64,000 nucleotides of DNA from Patescibacteria group bacterium (GTDB lineage Bacteria; Patescibacteriota; CPR2; UBA1875; CAIMLA01). This document shows, piece by piece, positions 16,877-27,090 of this stretch. The DNA lies in NCBI GenBank assembly GCA_041738615.1, contig JBGSPL010000001.1:226164-290163 (forward strand). The letters are read 5' to 3'. A model generated the notes under the pieces. That model had not been told where the DNA came from. It saw only the letters and a program-made list of their open reading frames with translations, and ran no database searches. The first letter of the stretch is position 1. Each line of letters opens with the position of its first letter. The position numbers and the translations under genes are program-made.

Positions 16877-17191
16877 TTAGTATCTGGTAGTGATTGGGTT
16901 CTTCGGTATTCCCACAGCCACTTGATGCAAAAGATAAGCGAAGAAGTCATAGAGTCCCGCAAAGAGAGTACGTAGAACTGGGAAAGCCAGTGGCAACAAG
17001 ACGACTAGTAGTAACAGAAACAACCAGTGAAATCTCACTAGAACAAAGAAGGCCATCGCAAGTGAAAGTAAGACGATAAGGGATACTATCCAATGCAAAG
17101 GGGTTGGAAAGATACCCAAGAAACGTTCATAAACCGGTGTTATCGTGGTGATTCCCGAGAGATTCATTACGGTCATTAGATCGACATTCAT
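16877..17191 (-). CDS. hypothetical small membrane protein
   Basis: 104 aa, three hydrophobic helices. Confidence 0.45.
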   Translation of the reverse strand: MNVDLMTVMNLSGITTITPVYERFLGIFPTPLHWIVSLIVLLSLAMAFFVLVRFHWLFLLLLVVLLPLAFPVLRTLFAGLYDFFAYLLHQVAVGIPKNPITTRY

Positions 17192-17207
17192 TCACCCTCC
17201 TAAAGTA

Positions 17208-18482
17208 TTACTTAAGTTTGTTTCGTAACTCCGCGCTTACCTTGTCTACCGGAATTGTCTCCTGGTTTCCCGAAGCCATTTCCTTTACAATCACTGTCCC
17301 ATCAAAAGCTTCTTTCTGTCCCATAAGAAGTGTGTATCTAGCGCCCACCTTGTTCGCTGCCTTCAACTGTTCCGAGATAGCACCCTTATCCAAGCAGCCC
17401 TCGGCATCAATGCCTGCAGCCCAGAGCTCGTTCATCAGACGAAAACATTTTTTGCGCGCTTCATCGCCGAGCTGCGCTACGAAGACGTCCGTTTTCTCGT
17501 CAGTAGTTATCTCGATACCCTTAGCGAGAAGTAGCTCTACAGTTCTATCGAGGCCTCCTGCAAATCCGAGTGCTGGTGTAGCCTTTCCACCTAGCTGTTC
17601 GATCAGGGAATCGTATCTGCCGCCTCCGCCCAGGGAGTTCTGTGCGCCTTCGGATTCGCTCCAAAATTCAAAAACAGTACGTGTGTAGTAGTCTAGGCCT
17701 CTTACTAGTCGCGGATTAATCTCATATACAATACCAATCTCGTCCAAGTATTCCAGGACCACACTGAAGTGGTCGTGACAATCCTGACATAACGAGTTGA
17801 TAATCTGTGGTGCTTCCTCTGCTAGCTGTGAGCAAGCTTTCTTTTTGCAATCCAGGAGTCGAAGAGGGCTTGAGACCAAACGTTTCTTGCAATCCTCACA
17901 GAGCTTCTCTTCTTGAGTTTTATAGTATTTTGTCAGCTCCCCCAGATACTTTGGTCGACATTCAGTACAACCGATGCTGTTGATCTGCATCCTGATGGAA
18001 TCCCCCAGTCCTAACTTGTCGTATACGCGGTAAGCAGTCGTAATAACTACGGCATCCGCAATCGGGGCCTTGTCCCCTATCATCTCAAAACCAAACTGCC
18101 AAAACTCACGATAACGGCCAGCCTGAGGTCTATCGTAGCGATACATCGCCTCAAGATAACTTAGCTTCACGGGCTGAGCCCAGGATTGCATCCCATTCTG
18201 GAGATACGCACGGACTATTGAGGCGGTACCCTCTGGTCGTAGGGTAAGTGAATTGTCCGAGCGGTCTGTGAAGGTATACATTTCCTTCTCCACAATGTCT
18301 GTACCCTCACCTACGCCACGTACGAAAAGCGCCGTATCCTCAAAAACTGGGGTCGAAATCTTCTGAAAGCCTGCGCCTCTCGTAATAGTATAAAAAACAC
18401 GCTCGACATAATCATAGTATGCCTGCGTCTCTGGTAGGATATCCCTAGTACCTCTGGGGTTCTGAATAATTTTCTTTGACAT
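17208..18482 (-). CDS. hisS: histidyl-tRNA synthetase with Cys-rich insertion
   Basis: Class II motifs (LRPEGTASIVRAY, GGGRYD). A 60-aa insertion carries 8 Cys (CTECRPKY...CEDCKK...CKKKAC...CQDCHDHF). Confidence 0.9.
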   Translation of the reverse strand: MSKKIIQNPRGTRDILPETQAYYDYVERVFYTITRGAGFQKISTPVFEDTALFVRGVGEGTDIVEKEMYTFTDRSDNSLTLRPEGTASIVRAYLQNGMQSWAQPVKLSYLEAMYRYDRPQAGRYREFWQFGFEMIGDKAPIADAVVITTAYRVYDKLGLGDSIRMQINSIGCTECRPKYLGELTKYYKTQEEKLCEDCKKRLVSSPLRLLDCKKKACSQLAEEAPQIINSLCQDCHDHFSVVLEYLDEIGIVYEINPRLVRGLDYYTRTVFEFWSESEGAQNSLGGGGRYDSLIEQLGGKATPALGFAGGLDRTVELLLAKGIEITTDEKTDVFVAQLGDEARKKCFRLMNELWAAGIDAEGCLDKGAISEQLKAANKVGARYTLLMGQKEAFDGTVIVKEMASGNQETIPVDKVSAELRNKLK

Positions 18483-18524
18483 TGTTACTTATTTTTATCA
18501 CAAAGGACGGGCTCGGTAAAGCCC

Positions 18525-20258
18525 CTATTTTTGCGCCTCTCGTATATCAATCACCCTAAACTCTGGTGTTTTACGGTTATTCCATTCATTGAGCTCCAGA
18601 GTTACTGCTAAATCATATGATTTCTCTGCTTCAAAGGTCGCCTGTTCGCCATATCCGAAAGCTATCCCGGATAGATTGATTCCTCCTTGTTCGATAGTGA
18701 GCTTTAGATGTACAGCGGGGTTTCCTACCAGTCGATAGTCGGCAATCCTCGCACCCATTATGGCAAAAACTGGCTTCTTGTTACCCCGGCCGAAGGGCTC
18801 TAACAAAGAAAGTTGCGATATAAATTCTTGAGTAATTTCTGTGTTCAATATGCTTGTATCTATCTCTATCTCTGGTTGTAATTTCTCCACCTCAATCTTC
18901 TCATCTGCAATCCGTACAAGCTCTTCATTTATTAGGACAAATTTGTCCTTTTTTAGACTAAAACCGGCTGCGAAGGCGTGCCCCCCGAAATGCTCAAAAT
19001 GAGTACCAATTGTAGCTAAGGCTTCGACTACATTGAAACCCTCTACCGACCTCGCTGAGCCCTTGATGGTATCCCCTAGATCCTCCGCGATTAACATCGG
19101 CCGCCTAAATTCGTCAACCAGCCTAGAGGCAACAATCCCCACCACCCCTGAAGGCCAGGTCTCATTTGCGAGCAAATAGATACTTTTCCGCGAAGGGTCC
19201 TTGGCTATGATGTCTCTAGCCTCTGTCACTATCCGTTCTGTAAGCTCTTGTCTCTCCAGGTTGATCTCGTTGAGATCAACCGCAATCTTTTGAGCTGCCT
19301 CCAGGTCCTCAGAAAGCAATAAATCAAGCGATTTCTTGGCGTGTTCTAGCCGACCCGAGGCATTTAGGCGTGGGCCCAGTAGAAAACCTACCTTATAGCT
19401 ATCTATTGACTCCACAGCCACTTCGGCCGTAGCCGAGAGAGCCTGAATGCCGACCCTTCTGGTCTTTCGAAGTACTTTTAAACCATAGTTCGCGAGAATC
19501 CGGTTCTCTCCCGTAAGTGGCACGATGTCACAGATTGTTCCCAGTGCTACGAGATCTAGAAGCCACTTCTCCTGCCCCAGGGGCAGCTTTTCTGTAAAGT
19601 GCGTCTGTATCGCCCTCGCGAGGTAAAAGGCCACTGCAACGCCTGCTAGCTCGTACAGGGGGTTATCTGGATCCATTCTCTTTGGATTTATCACCGCCAC
19701 AGCTTCCGGTAGGGTAACTTTGCCCTTTTCGTCTAACCGTAGTGTGTGATGATCCGTAACCACGACATCAATCCCTACGGTTTTAGCGTAAGCCACCTCC
19801 TCGATACTGGTAACCCCGCAATCCACCGTAATCAAAAGGGTAATACCCTCACTCGATAACTGTTTCAGGGCTTCGTTATTCAAACCATACCCCTCGTCCA
19901 TTCTAGAAGGAATGTATGTTTGCACGTCTACATCGATGGACTTAAAGAAACTATATAGTACTGCGGTGGCCGTCACTCCATCGACATCATAGTCGCCATA
20001 AATTGCTATCTTCTCCCCGGCTTCGATTGCAGCCACGATGCGGTCGACTGCCTTTTGCATGTCTGGAATCTCAAAGGGATCTGTGAGCGCCTCGAATTTA
20101 GGATTCAGAAAGGCCGCAGCCCCTGTGTCTGTATTAACCCCCCTTATTTGCAGCAACCTCGCAAAAACCGCCGAATAATCCGCAATATCAAGCTTCTTAC
20201 CGCCTGCTTCTGCAAATTTCCAAACTTTCTCTGATTGATAATCTCGTACTCTTGCCAT
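18525..20258 (-). CDS. recJ: single-stranded-DNA-specific exonuclease RecJ
   Basis: 577 aa, DHH and DHHA1 motifs (IYGDYDVDGVTAT, VVVTDHHTL, GGHAFAAG). Confidence 0.85.
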   Translation of the reverse strand: MARVRDYQSEKVWKFAEAGGKKLDIADYSAVFARLLQIRGVNTDTGAAAFLNPKFEALTDPFEIPDMQKAVDRIVAAIEAGEKIAIYGDYDVDGVTATAVLYSFFKSIDVDVQTYIPSRMDEGYGLNNEALKQLSSEGITLLITVDCGVTSIEEVAYAKTVGIDVVVTDHHTLRLDEKGKVTLPEAVAVINPKRMDPDNPLYELAGVAVAFYLARAIQTHFTEKLPLGQEKWLLDLVALGTICDIVPLTGENRILANYGLKVLRKTRRVGIQALSATAEVAVESIDSYKVGFLLGPRLNASGRLEHAKKSLDLLLSEDLEAAQKIAVDLNEINLERQELTERIVTEARDIIAKDPSRKSIYLLANETWPSGVVGIVASRLVDEFRRPMLIAEDLGDTIKGSARSVEGFNVVEALATIGTHFEHFGGHAFAAGFSLKKDKFVLINEELVRIADEKIEVEKLQPEIEIDTSILNTEITQEFISQLSLLEPFGRGNKKPVFAIMGARIADYRLVGNPAVHLKLTIEQGGINLSGIAFGYGEQATFEAEKSYDLAVTLELNEWNNRKTPEFRVIDIREAQK

Positions 20259-20299
20259 ATATTAAGTATACTTGAGTTCTAAACCATTTAGGAGACTTT

Positions 20300-20788
20300 A
20301 TGACTGACATGCCAAGCCCCCACCATAATCCTGAAGATCATGTCCCACAAGACTTGCAAGAGACAGCTAACGACATAGGCGTCGGCATGAAGCTAGACGG
20401 AAAAGGCGCTTTTGTAGAGTATTCCACCGCTCCCGACCGATTTCCCGCACCAGAGAAGGTAGTCTATGAAGCACGCAAAAAGAGTGAGAATCTTCCTGAA
20501 GCCTCTGAGGAGGATATCAGGGACTTTTATAACGAGTTTGCACTAAACGCAGACGAGGTTATAGAGGATCTTGAAGAAATCGTTTATGGTTATACGTGCC
20601 TCAAGGATTCGTACTCTCTTCTCTACGGCCGATATGACCAGCTCGACATACTACAGAAACCAGAAGCCAAAAGGAAGCTCATCGAATCCGATGAAAGAAT
20701 TCAGAAACTGGAGGCCATGTTCGTGGTTCTCAAGAAACTCGCCTATGGGACTGAGTGGTTTTCGCAGATTCCCGAGTCCAGAGGATAA
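20300..20788 (+). CDS. hypothetical acidic protein
   Basis: 162-aa ORF with SD GGAGA upstream. No recognisable motif. Confidence 0.45.
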   Translation: MTDMPSPHHNPEDHVPQDLQETANDIGVGMKLDGKGAFVEYSTAPDRFPAPEKVVYEARKKSENLPEASEEDIRDFYNEFALNADEVIEDLEEIVYGYTCLKDSYSLLYGRYDQLDILQKPEAKRKLIESDERIQKLEAMFVVLKKLAYGTEWFSQIPESRG

Positions 20789-21676
20789 CTATGCTCTCTT
20801 TCGCTTTGCTTTCAGCTCCTGCCAAGTCACAAGCAGAGGGCTCGCATTTAGGATAGATGAATAGCTCCCCGAGAGGACTCCTATTACAAGCGCAAGTACA
20901 AAATAACGTATGGAGCTGCCACCAAAGATAAGCAGCACCAGCAAGATAATCCAGACCAAAAATGAAGTATTAATCGTCCTTGGCAACATTTCGTATACAC
21001 TCACCGAAACTGTGTCTTCAAAGCTGTCGTAAGAGCCCTTGATCAGGTTCTCCCGAATACGGTCGAAAATGACGATAGTGTCGTGAACCGAGAATCCGAT
21101 AACAGTAAGGATCGCCGTAATAAAGAGTGGATCCACCTCGACGCCAAAGAAGTGCCCAAGTAATGAGAAAATACCGAGAACCACTAGAGCGTCGTGAAGA
21201 AGCGCCGTCACAGCCACTAGACCAAACTCGACTGAGTTGGCTGGCTTAGGGACTTTACGGAAAGAAAAGGCGATGAAACAAATAATCACCGCTGATGCAG
21301 CGAATACAAGCAGGATAGAATTCCTGGTAATTTCCTGCGAGATAGAAGCCCCAACCGTATCAACCCTGGTTTGCTTGGCGCCAGAGACATCCTTCTCTAC
21401 TGCTGTCTTCAGAGATTTCTGCTTTGCTTCGTCTACCGTCTTGGTTCGCAAGATCAGTCCATCTTGGGAAACCGTTACGACAAAGTTTTCCACTTTCTGC
21501 GCCTTCGCCACCTGCTCGAGCTTCGCCTTATCCTTGGTCCCGCTAAATTCCAGCTGTGTACCACCAGTAAAGTCAATTGAGGGTTTCAGCCCCCATAGAA
21601 GTAACGAGAGAGTACCAGGAATTATAATTACTAGGGAGAGGATATACCACCATTTACGAAGTTTTATCAGATTCAT
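20789..21676 (-). CDS. secF: protein translocase subunit SecF
   Basis: 295 aa, 6 TM, immediately downstream of secD. Confidence 0.9.
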   Translation of the reverse strand: MNLIKLRKWWYILSLVIIIPGTLSLLLWGLKPSIDFTGGTQLEFSGTKDKAKLEQVAKAQKVENFVVTVSQDGLILRTKTVDEAKQKSLKTAVEKDVSGAKQTRVDTVGASISQEITRNSILLVFAASAVIICFIAFSFRKVPKPANSVEFGLVAVTALLHDALVVLGIFSLLGHFFGVEVDPLFITAILTVIGFSVHDTIVIFDRIRENLIKGSYDSFEDTVSVSVYEMLPRTINTSFLVWIILLVLLIFGGSSIRYFVLALVIGVLSGSYSSILNASPLLVTWQELKAKRKRA

Positions 21677-23088
21677 TACTTATTTCTCCTAGTAAACATT
21701 TTGCTCAAAGAAAAACGTGTTTTCGAGGGTTTTCCCGTTTGATCTTCCCCTTCCACGTTAAATAGCCAATTATTACTCACAAATTTGTGACGTGCGATAA
21801 GCTCTATGAGCGCCCTAGTCCCGAGAAAGGTGGTAATGAGTCCAACTATGATACCGAGCGCAAGCACGATAGCAAAGCCACGAATGCTGCCGCCGGCATA
21901 CAAAAGCAGCGCGCAGATGATGAGACTGACGATATTGGAATCTCGGATGCTGCTCCACGCCCTGTTGAAGCCGAGGTTGTAGGCGTGATCAAAATTTCTT
22001 CCGTTCCGCATTTCTTCGCGAATACGCTCAAAGACGAGTACATCAGTCTCCATAGACATACCGATTGAGAGTATCAGACCAGCGATGCCACCCATGGTGA
22101 GCGTAATTCCAAATATTTTAAAGAGTGCCAGGGTGAATACTAGATACAAGGCCAGCCCCAAAGTCGAGAATACTCCAAGTAAACGATAATAAAAGATCAT
22201 GAAAAGCGAAACCACTATGACTCCCAGGATACCAGCAACGATACTAAGACGGATGGATTCCTGGCCCAGGGTTGCCTCTACCGTACGCTGCTCAGCAAGC
22301 TTAATAGGTACTGGTAGGCGTCCTGCGTTGAGCTGAATAGATAAATTCTTTGCCTCCTGCAAGGTAAACTTCCCTGTGATCTGAGCATTACCGCCAGATA
22401 TTTGGGCGTTTACATTTGGCGCTGAGACCAGAGTTTCATCCAAATAGATGGCTAGTGGTTTACCCACGTTACGTCCTGTGATTTCCTCGAATTTCTTCGA
22501 GCCCTCGGCGTTGAACACTATGGAGATATATGGGGCACCAGTTGTTTGATCAAAGGCAACCGACGAGCTCTTGAGCTCGGCCCCACCTAGGTCCGTTTCC
22601 GTGAAGCTACTGCCGTCTGCGTTCGATTCCTTGAAAGCGAGCTTCGCCGTTTTCCCGATGATATTCATCGCCGAGTCGGTATCCTTAACTCCAGCGAGCT
22701 CCACCGTCACTCGATACTCATTGCCATTCTTACCGGTATATACCACTGGCTCCGAGACCCCAAAGGCATTTATACGGTTCTCAATCACCTTTTGCAGAGA
22801 GGCCAGAGCACTGCTGCGCTCGCCAGATGCAATCTTGCTCATGTCTACTGTATACACCAAGTGGCTACCGCCCTGTAGATCAAGGCCCTCCTTGATATCT
22901 AGGTTATTATCAAATTTAAATAAGGTACCGTCCTTCTTCACGTTCACAAAAGGAAAGGACTTTTGAGTCGCAAACTTTGGTTTTGGTAACGAAAAGTGCA
23001 CTCCTCCTGGCCAATCTACCCCTAGTGCGAGGAGTAAAAAGATGACTAAAATAGAGACTCGAATCCAGTTGCGGCGTTTACTTTTCAT
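21676..23088 (-). CDS. secD: protein translocase subunit SecD
   Basis: 470 aa with periplasmic domain and C-terminal TM bundle. Confidence 0.9.
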   Translation of the reverse strand: MKSKRRNWIRVSILVIFLLLALGVDWPGGVHFSLPKPKFATQKSFPFVNVKKDGTLFKFDNNLDIKEGLDLQGGSHLVYTVDMSKIASGERSSALASLQKVIENRINAFGVSEPVVYTGKNGNEYRVTVELAGVKDTDSAMNIIGKTAKLAFKESNADGSSFTETDLGGAELKSSSVAFDQTTGAPYISIVFNAEGSKKFEEITGRNVGKPLAIYLDETLVSAPNVNAQISGGNAQITGKFTLQEAKNLSIQLNAGRLPVPIKLAEQRTVEATLGQESIRLSIVAGILGVIVVSLFMIFYYRLLGVFSTLGLALYLVFTLALFKIFGITLTMGGIAGLILSIGMSMETDVLVFERIREEMRNGRNFDHAYNLGFNRAWSSIRDSNIVSLIICALLLYAGGSIRGFAIVLALGIIVGLITTFLGTRALIELIARHKFVSNNWLFNVEGEDQTGKPSKTRFSLSKMFTRRNK

Positions 23089-23186
23089 ATCAGTGGTATT
23101 CCTTTTGTTAACTGATAACTATCTTAATACATAGACCCGCCTTCAGTCAAAGCGAACTAATCGTGAATTTCTGGTAGAATAGAGCT

Positions 23187-25157
23187 ATGAAATACTACAA
23201 AGTTGCGCCACTTACCCATCTTGCGAATACGGACGGACTGCTAACTTACGCTTCCGATTTGGTTTTAGCTGTGGGGAGCCTGGTCAGCATCTCCCTTCGC
23301 AATGGCAAAAAACAAGCAATTATAATTAACGAGACCGAAAAACCCAGCTTTGAAACCAAGGAAATATCTGCCGTTATTTCGGAAATACCTGTAATTGACG
23401 AAGCACGTATACAACTCGCAGAATATATGTCTATCGAGTATTTTTGTACCTTGGGCGAAGCGCTTGCAGCCATCTTGCCTGTTACCTTCGGGAAGAAACG
23501 CAGAGTCGCGGCCGATTCCCAGGTGACAGAAGAGGCCCCAGAGAAGAGCCTGAAACTATCAAAGGATCAGGACGGAATATTTCGTTCAATTATTACTAGT
23601 AAAAATAGCAAGCCACATCTACTATTTGGTGTCACTGGTTCTGGCAAAACCGAGATTTATCTCCAACTCATAGAGAAGCTCCTTTCGGAAGGCAAGGGAT
23701 CTATCGTTCTCGTTCCCGAAATATCTCTTACCCCGCAAACCGTGACTCGCTTCAAAGCACGTTTTGGAGATAAGGTCGCCCTCCTTCACAGTAACCTCAA
23801 GGAGACGGAGAAATTTCGTGCATGGCAGGAGATAGCAAGCGGAGCGAAAATGGTGGTGATCGGCCCGAGAAGTGCCCTCTTCGCACCCGTAAAGAACCTC
23901 GGCGCAATAATCATCGACGAGGCACATGAAAGCAGCTACAAACAAGATAGTACGCCGAGGTATCAAACGGTAAAAGTAGCAACCGAGCTTGCCCGACTTA
24001 CTAGTTCTGTACTCCTTCTCGGCACCGCAACACCCACCATTGAACAAATGTATCGCGCTGAATCTGGCAAGCTGCATCTTCACGTTTTGAGTAACAGAAT
24101 TGTACAAGCAGCTATGCCAGAGGTAGAAATAGTCGACATGCGAAACGAATTTCAGTACGGAAATCGCAGTATATTGTCCGAAACTCTGCAAAAGGAGATT
24201 AAGGACACTTTACTGCGCAAAAGGCAGGTACTTTTGTTTCTAAATCGCAGAGGTATGAGTACTTTTGTTTCCTGCAGGGAGTGTGGTTATGTCGAAAAGT
24301 GTCCCAATTGCGATATACCACTCACTTTCCATTACGGCGACCTTTCGATGCGCTGTCATCACTGCGAACATCGTGGGACGGCTCCTACGGTCTGCCCCAA
24401 ATGTACTAGCCTAGCTATTAAATACTTTGGTTCAGGAACTCAGAAGGTAGAGGTAGAGATATGTAAGCTTATTGGCAAAGAAACCAGGATTACCAGAATG
24501 GACGGCGATACGACAAGTACGCGTGAATCGCATTCAGACATTTTTGAAATCATAAAGTCCGGGAGTACCGACATAATCATTGGGACCCAAATGGTTGCGA
24601 AGGGTTGGGACCTGGGTAACATCGACCTCGTAGGAATCATATCTGCTGATGCGCTAATCAACCTGCCCGACTATGCTGCAAACGAGCGAGCCTTTGGGCT
24701 AATGCTTCAAGTTGCTGGTAGAACAGGCAGGGGCCAAACTCGTGGTAAGGTGATTGTCCAAACTTATAACCCAGATCTGGATATCTTTCGCTATCTGGCG
24801 AACCACAAATACAAAGAGTTTTATCAGCATACGCTTGGAGAAAGAGAATCTCTCGGCTATCCTCCCTTTTCAAAACTGGTAAATTTGTTGTATAATGACG
24901 CGAGTAATGAAGTGGCAAAAGCAGAAGCGGAACTACTTGCCCCAAAGCTTGTAAAAGCGTTTCAGGACACCGAGATTGAGGTGGCACTAATCGGTCCTGC
25001 ACCCGCCTTTATCCCCAAATTACGCGGTAAATATAGGTGGCAAATCACGCTAAAGATTAAGGATACTGGTATGCCCAACTCACGACTCTTGTATAAACTT
25101 ATTACCCAAACAATCACGAAAGGCTGGGTCATAGACGTTGATCCAAATGGTATCTAA
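23187..25157 (+). CDS. priA: primosomal protein N' (PriA helicase)
   Basis: GVTGSGKTE Walker A. DEAH-like DEAHE. Cys-rich zinc module CRECGYVEKCPNCD...CHHCEH...CPKC. Confidence 0.9.
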   Translation: MKYYKVAPLTHLANTDGLLTYASDLVLAVGSLVSISLRNGKKQAIIINETEKPSFETKEISAVISEIPVIDEARIQLAEYMSIEYFCTLGEALAAILPVTFGKKRRVAADSQVTEEAPEKSLKLSKDQDGIFRSIITSKNSKPHLLFGVTGSGKTEIYLQLIEKLLSEGKGSIVLVPEISLTPQTVTRFKARFGDKVALLHSNLKETEKFRAWQEIASGAKMVVIGPRSALFAPVKNLGAIIIDEAHESSYKQDSTPRYQTVKVATELARLTSSVLLLGTATPTIEQMYRAESGKLHLHVLSNRIVQAAMPEVEIVDMRNEFQYGNRSILSETLQKEIKDTLLRKRQVLLFLNRRGMSTFVSCRECGYVEKCPNCDIPLTFHYGDLSMRCHHCEHRGTAPTVCPKCTSLAIKYFGSGTQKVEVEICKLIGKETRITRMDGDTTSTRESHSDIFEIIKSGSTDIIIGTQMVAKGWDLGNIDLVGIISADALINLPDYAANERAFGLMLQVAGRTGRGQTRGKVIVQTYNPDLDIFRYLANHKYKEFYQHTLGERESLGYPPFSKLVNLLYNDASNEVAKAEAELLAPKLVKAFQDTEIEVALIGPAPAFIPKLRGKYRWQITLKIKDTGMPNSRLLYKLITQTITKGWVIDVDPNGI

Positions 25158-25700
25158 ATGGCAAAAAAGATTCTCACTATCCCCAAGGACGAAACAACTC
25201 TACGCACCCAATGTGCAGAGATAGAGAAAATTGATGACGATGTAAGAGAGCTAGCAGCCCAGCTTCTGGAAACTTTGCGCACCAGCGAACGTCCCGGGGT
25301 TGGTATAGCGGCGCCACAAATTGGCGATACTAGACGCATGGTTATAGTGGAGTCCACCGGTTGGAAGAATGATAAAGATGAAATAGTTGGAGTCATTGCA
25401 CTCCAAACTCTTATCAATCCTGAAATTACCAAGTTTTCTGAGGAAAAGGAAGAACGTTTCGAGGGCTGCCTCAGTGTTCCGCTAAACAACGGCTATGTGA
25501 CTCGACCGAAGAAAATCAAGGTCACCGCCGTCAATCTGGACGGTGAAGCGGTGAACATTAATGCATCGGGTTTCCTATCTCGAGTCTTGCAGCACGAGAT
25601 AGACCACCTAGACGGGGTGCTCTTCACCGATAGAATCACTGACAAAACCAAATTGTTAGCAGTTAATGAGCCTACCGATGAACGTGAAACAGAATACTAA
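25158..25700 (+). CDS. def: peptide deformylase
   Basis: GVGIAAPQIG, EGCLSVP, QHEIDHLDG motifs. Confidence 0.9.
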   Translation: MAKKILTIPKDETTLRTQCAEIEKIDDDVRELAAQLLETLRTSERPGVGIAAPQIGDTRRMVIVESTGWKNDKDEIVGVIALQTLINPEITKFSEEKEERFEGCLSVPLNNGYVTRPKKIKVTAVNLDGEAVNINASGFLSRVLQHEIDHLDGVLFTDRITDKTKLLAVNEPTDERETEY

Positions 25701-26613
25701 GACTATATTTTTGGGCACGCCTGATTTTGCAGCCACTTCCTTACAGGCGCTATACGACCTTGAATATGAGATTATCGGTGTTTTTACTCAACCAGACCGA
25801 CCTAGCGGTAGAGGTCAACAAATTTCCAAATCAGCAGTAAAAAACCTTGCCGAATCGCTCGGACTCCCAATGTTTTATCCAGAGACAAAGGCAGAGCTTA
25901 CTGCCCTAGTAACCCAACTACATCCAGACCTGGCTATAGTTGCTGCATACGGAATAATCATTGAGCAAGCAGCGCTAGATGTCCCCGAACACGGTTTTAT
26001 TAATGTTCACGGCTCTCTACTACCTAAATATCGCGGTGCCTCACCTATCGCAGAAGTCATACTCCAGGGTGAATCTTCTACTGGTATCACCATCATGCAT
26101 ATGGATGCCGGCATGGATACCGGCGCAATTATTAAGGAATTTCCGCTAGATATAGAAACAGACGATACCACCGCGTCACTCACGGGTAAAATGGCAACGC
26201 TGGGGGCCTCGGCAATTACGGAGGTGATTCCTGCCTGGATAGCTGGTAACCTGACCGAAACAGCACAAGAAGAAGCGGATGCTACATACTGCAAAAAGAT
26301 TTCAAAAACGGATGCTCATATCGATTGGCAAGAGTCTGCGGAGATAATTGCCCGGAAGGTCAGGGCATACTATCCTTGGCCAAAAGCATATACCAGTGTC
26401 GAGGGAACTCGTTTTCAGCTGCTACAAGCACTCGTTTCGGAAACTACAGATTTAAGGCCGGGTGAGATTTCCTTTACCACTAAGGAGACACACATTGGTA
26501 CAGGTTCCGGAGATCTAAATGTCCTAAGGATTCAGCCTGAGAGCAAAAATCCTATCTCTGGTAAAGAATTCGTCAACAACTACCCCGGCCTGGACTCAAA
26601 AAAAGCTATCTAA
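25666..26613 (+). CDS. fmt: methionyl-tRNA formyltransferase
   Basis: 315 aa. N-terminal formyltransferase domain (IFLGTPDFA...NVHGSLLPKYRGASPI). Overlaps the def 3' end. Confidence 0.9.
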   Translation: MSLPMNVKQNTKTIFLGTPDFAATSLQALYDLEYEIIGVFTQPDRPSGRGQQISKSAVKNLAESLGLPMFYPETKAELTALVTQLHPDLAIVAAYGIIIEQAALDVPEHGFINVHGSLLPKYRGASPIAEVILQGESSTGITIMHMDAGMDTGAIIKEFPLDIETDDTTASLTGKMATLGASAITEVIPAWIAGNLTETAQEEADATYCKKISKTDAHIDWQESAEIIARKVRAYYPWPKAYTSVEGTRFQLLQALVSETTDLRPGEISFTTKETHIGTGSGDLNVLRIQPESKNPISGKEFVNNYPGLDSKKAI

Positions 26614-26641
26614 AAAGCCCCTCTCGGGGCTTTTTTACTTT
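26614..26641. terminator. bidirectional terminator between fmt and the response regulator
   Basis: AAAAAGCCCCTCTCGGGGCTTTTTT. Confidence 0.8.
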
Positions 26642-27036
26642 TACTCTTGGACAAACTTGCCGGCAAGTACTTCCTTGATCTTATCTACCACCTTAGACGG
26701 AGTAAACTGGCTCTTCACAATGTACCCAAGTGCGCCAAGCTCCAGGCCTTTTTGGATATGGTCCTCCTGACCCAGATTACTCATAATGAGAATCGGAGTC
26801 GTGGCAAGCTCTGGATCCCCCTTGATTGCCTTTATTACGTCAAAACCATCCATCTCGGGCATTAGGATATCGGTGAGCACGATGTCTGGATGTAATTCCT
26901 TAACTTTCTCTATGCCGATGCGGCCATTATCGGCCACCTGGACGTCAAAACCGTCGAGGCTCAGCTTGAGCTGATACATTTTAGAAATGTAACGATCATC
27001 CTCTACAATCAATATTTTTGCTGGAGTATCTGCCAT
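26641..27036 (-). CDS. orphan single-domain response regulator (CheY-like receiver)
   Basis: 131 aa, KILIVEDD...LTDILMPEMDG...TPILIMSN. No kinase gene adjacent. Confidence 0.8.
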   Translation of the reverse strand: MADTPAKILIVEDDRYISKMYQLKLSLDGFDVQVADNGRIGIEKVKELHPDIVLTDILMPEMDGFDVIKAIKGDPELATTPILIMSNLGQEDHIQKGLELGALGYIVKSQFTPSKVVDKIKEVLAGKFVQE

Positions 27037-27090
27037 ATTCCCCCCTTATAACTAAATTATCGGGCCTAGGGGCCCTATGTGTCAATGTTT

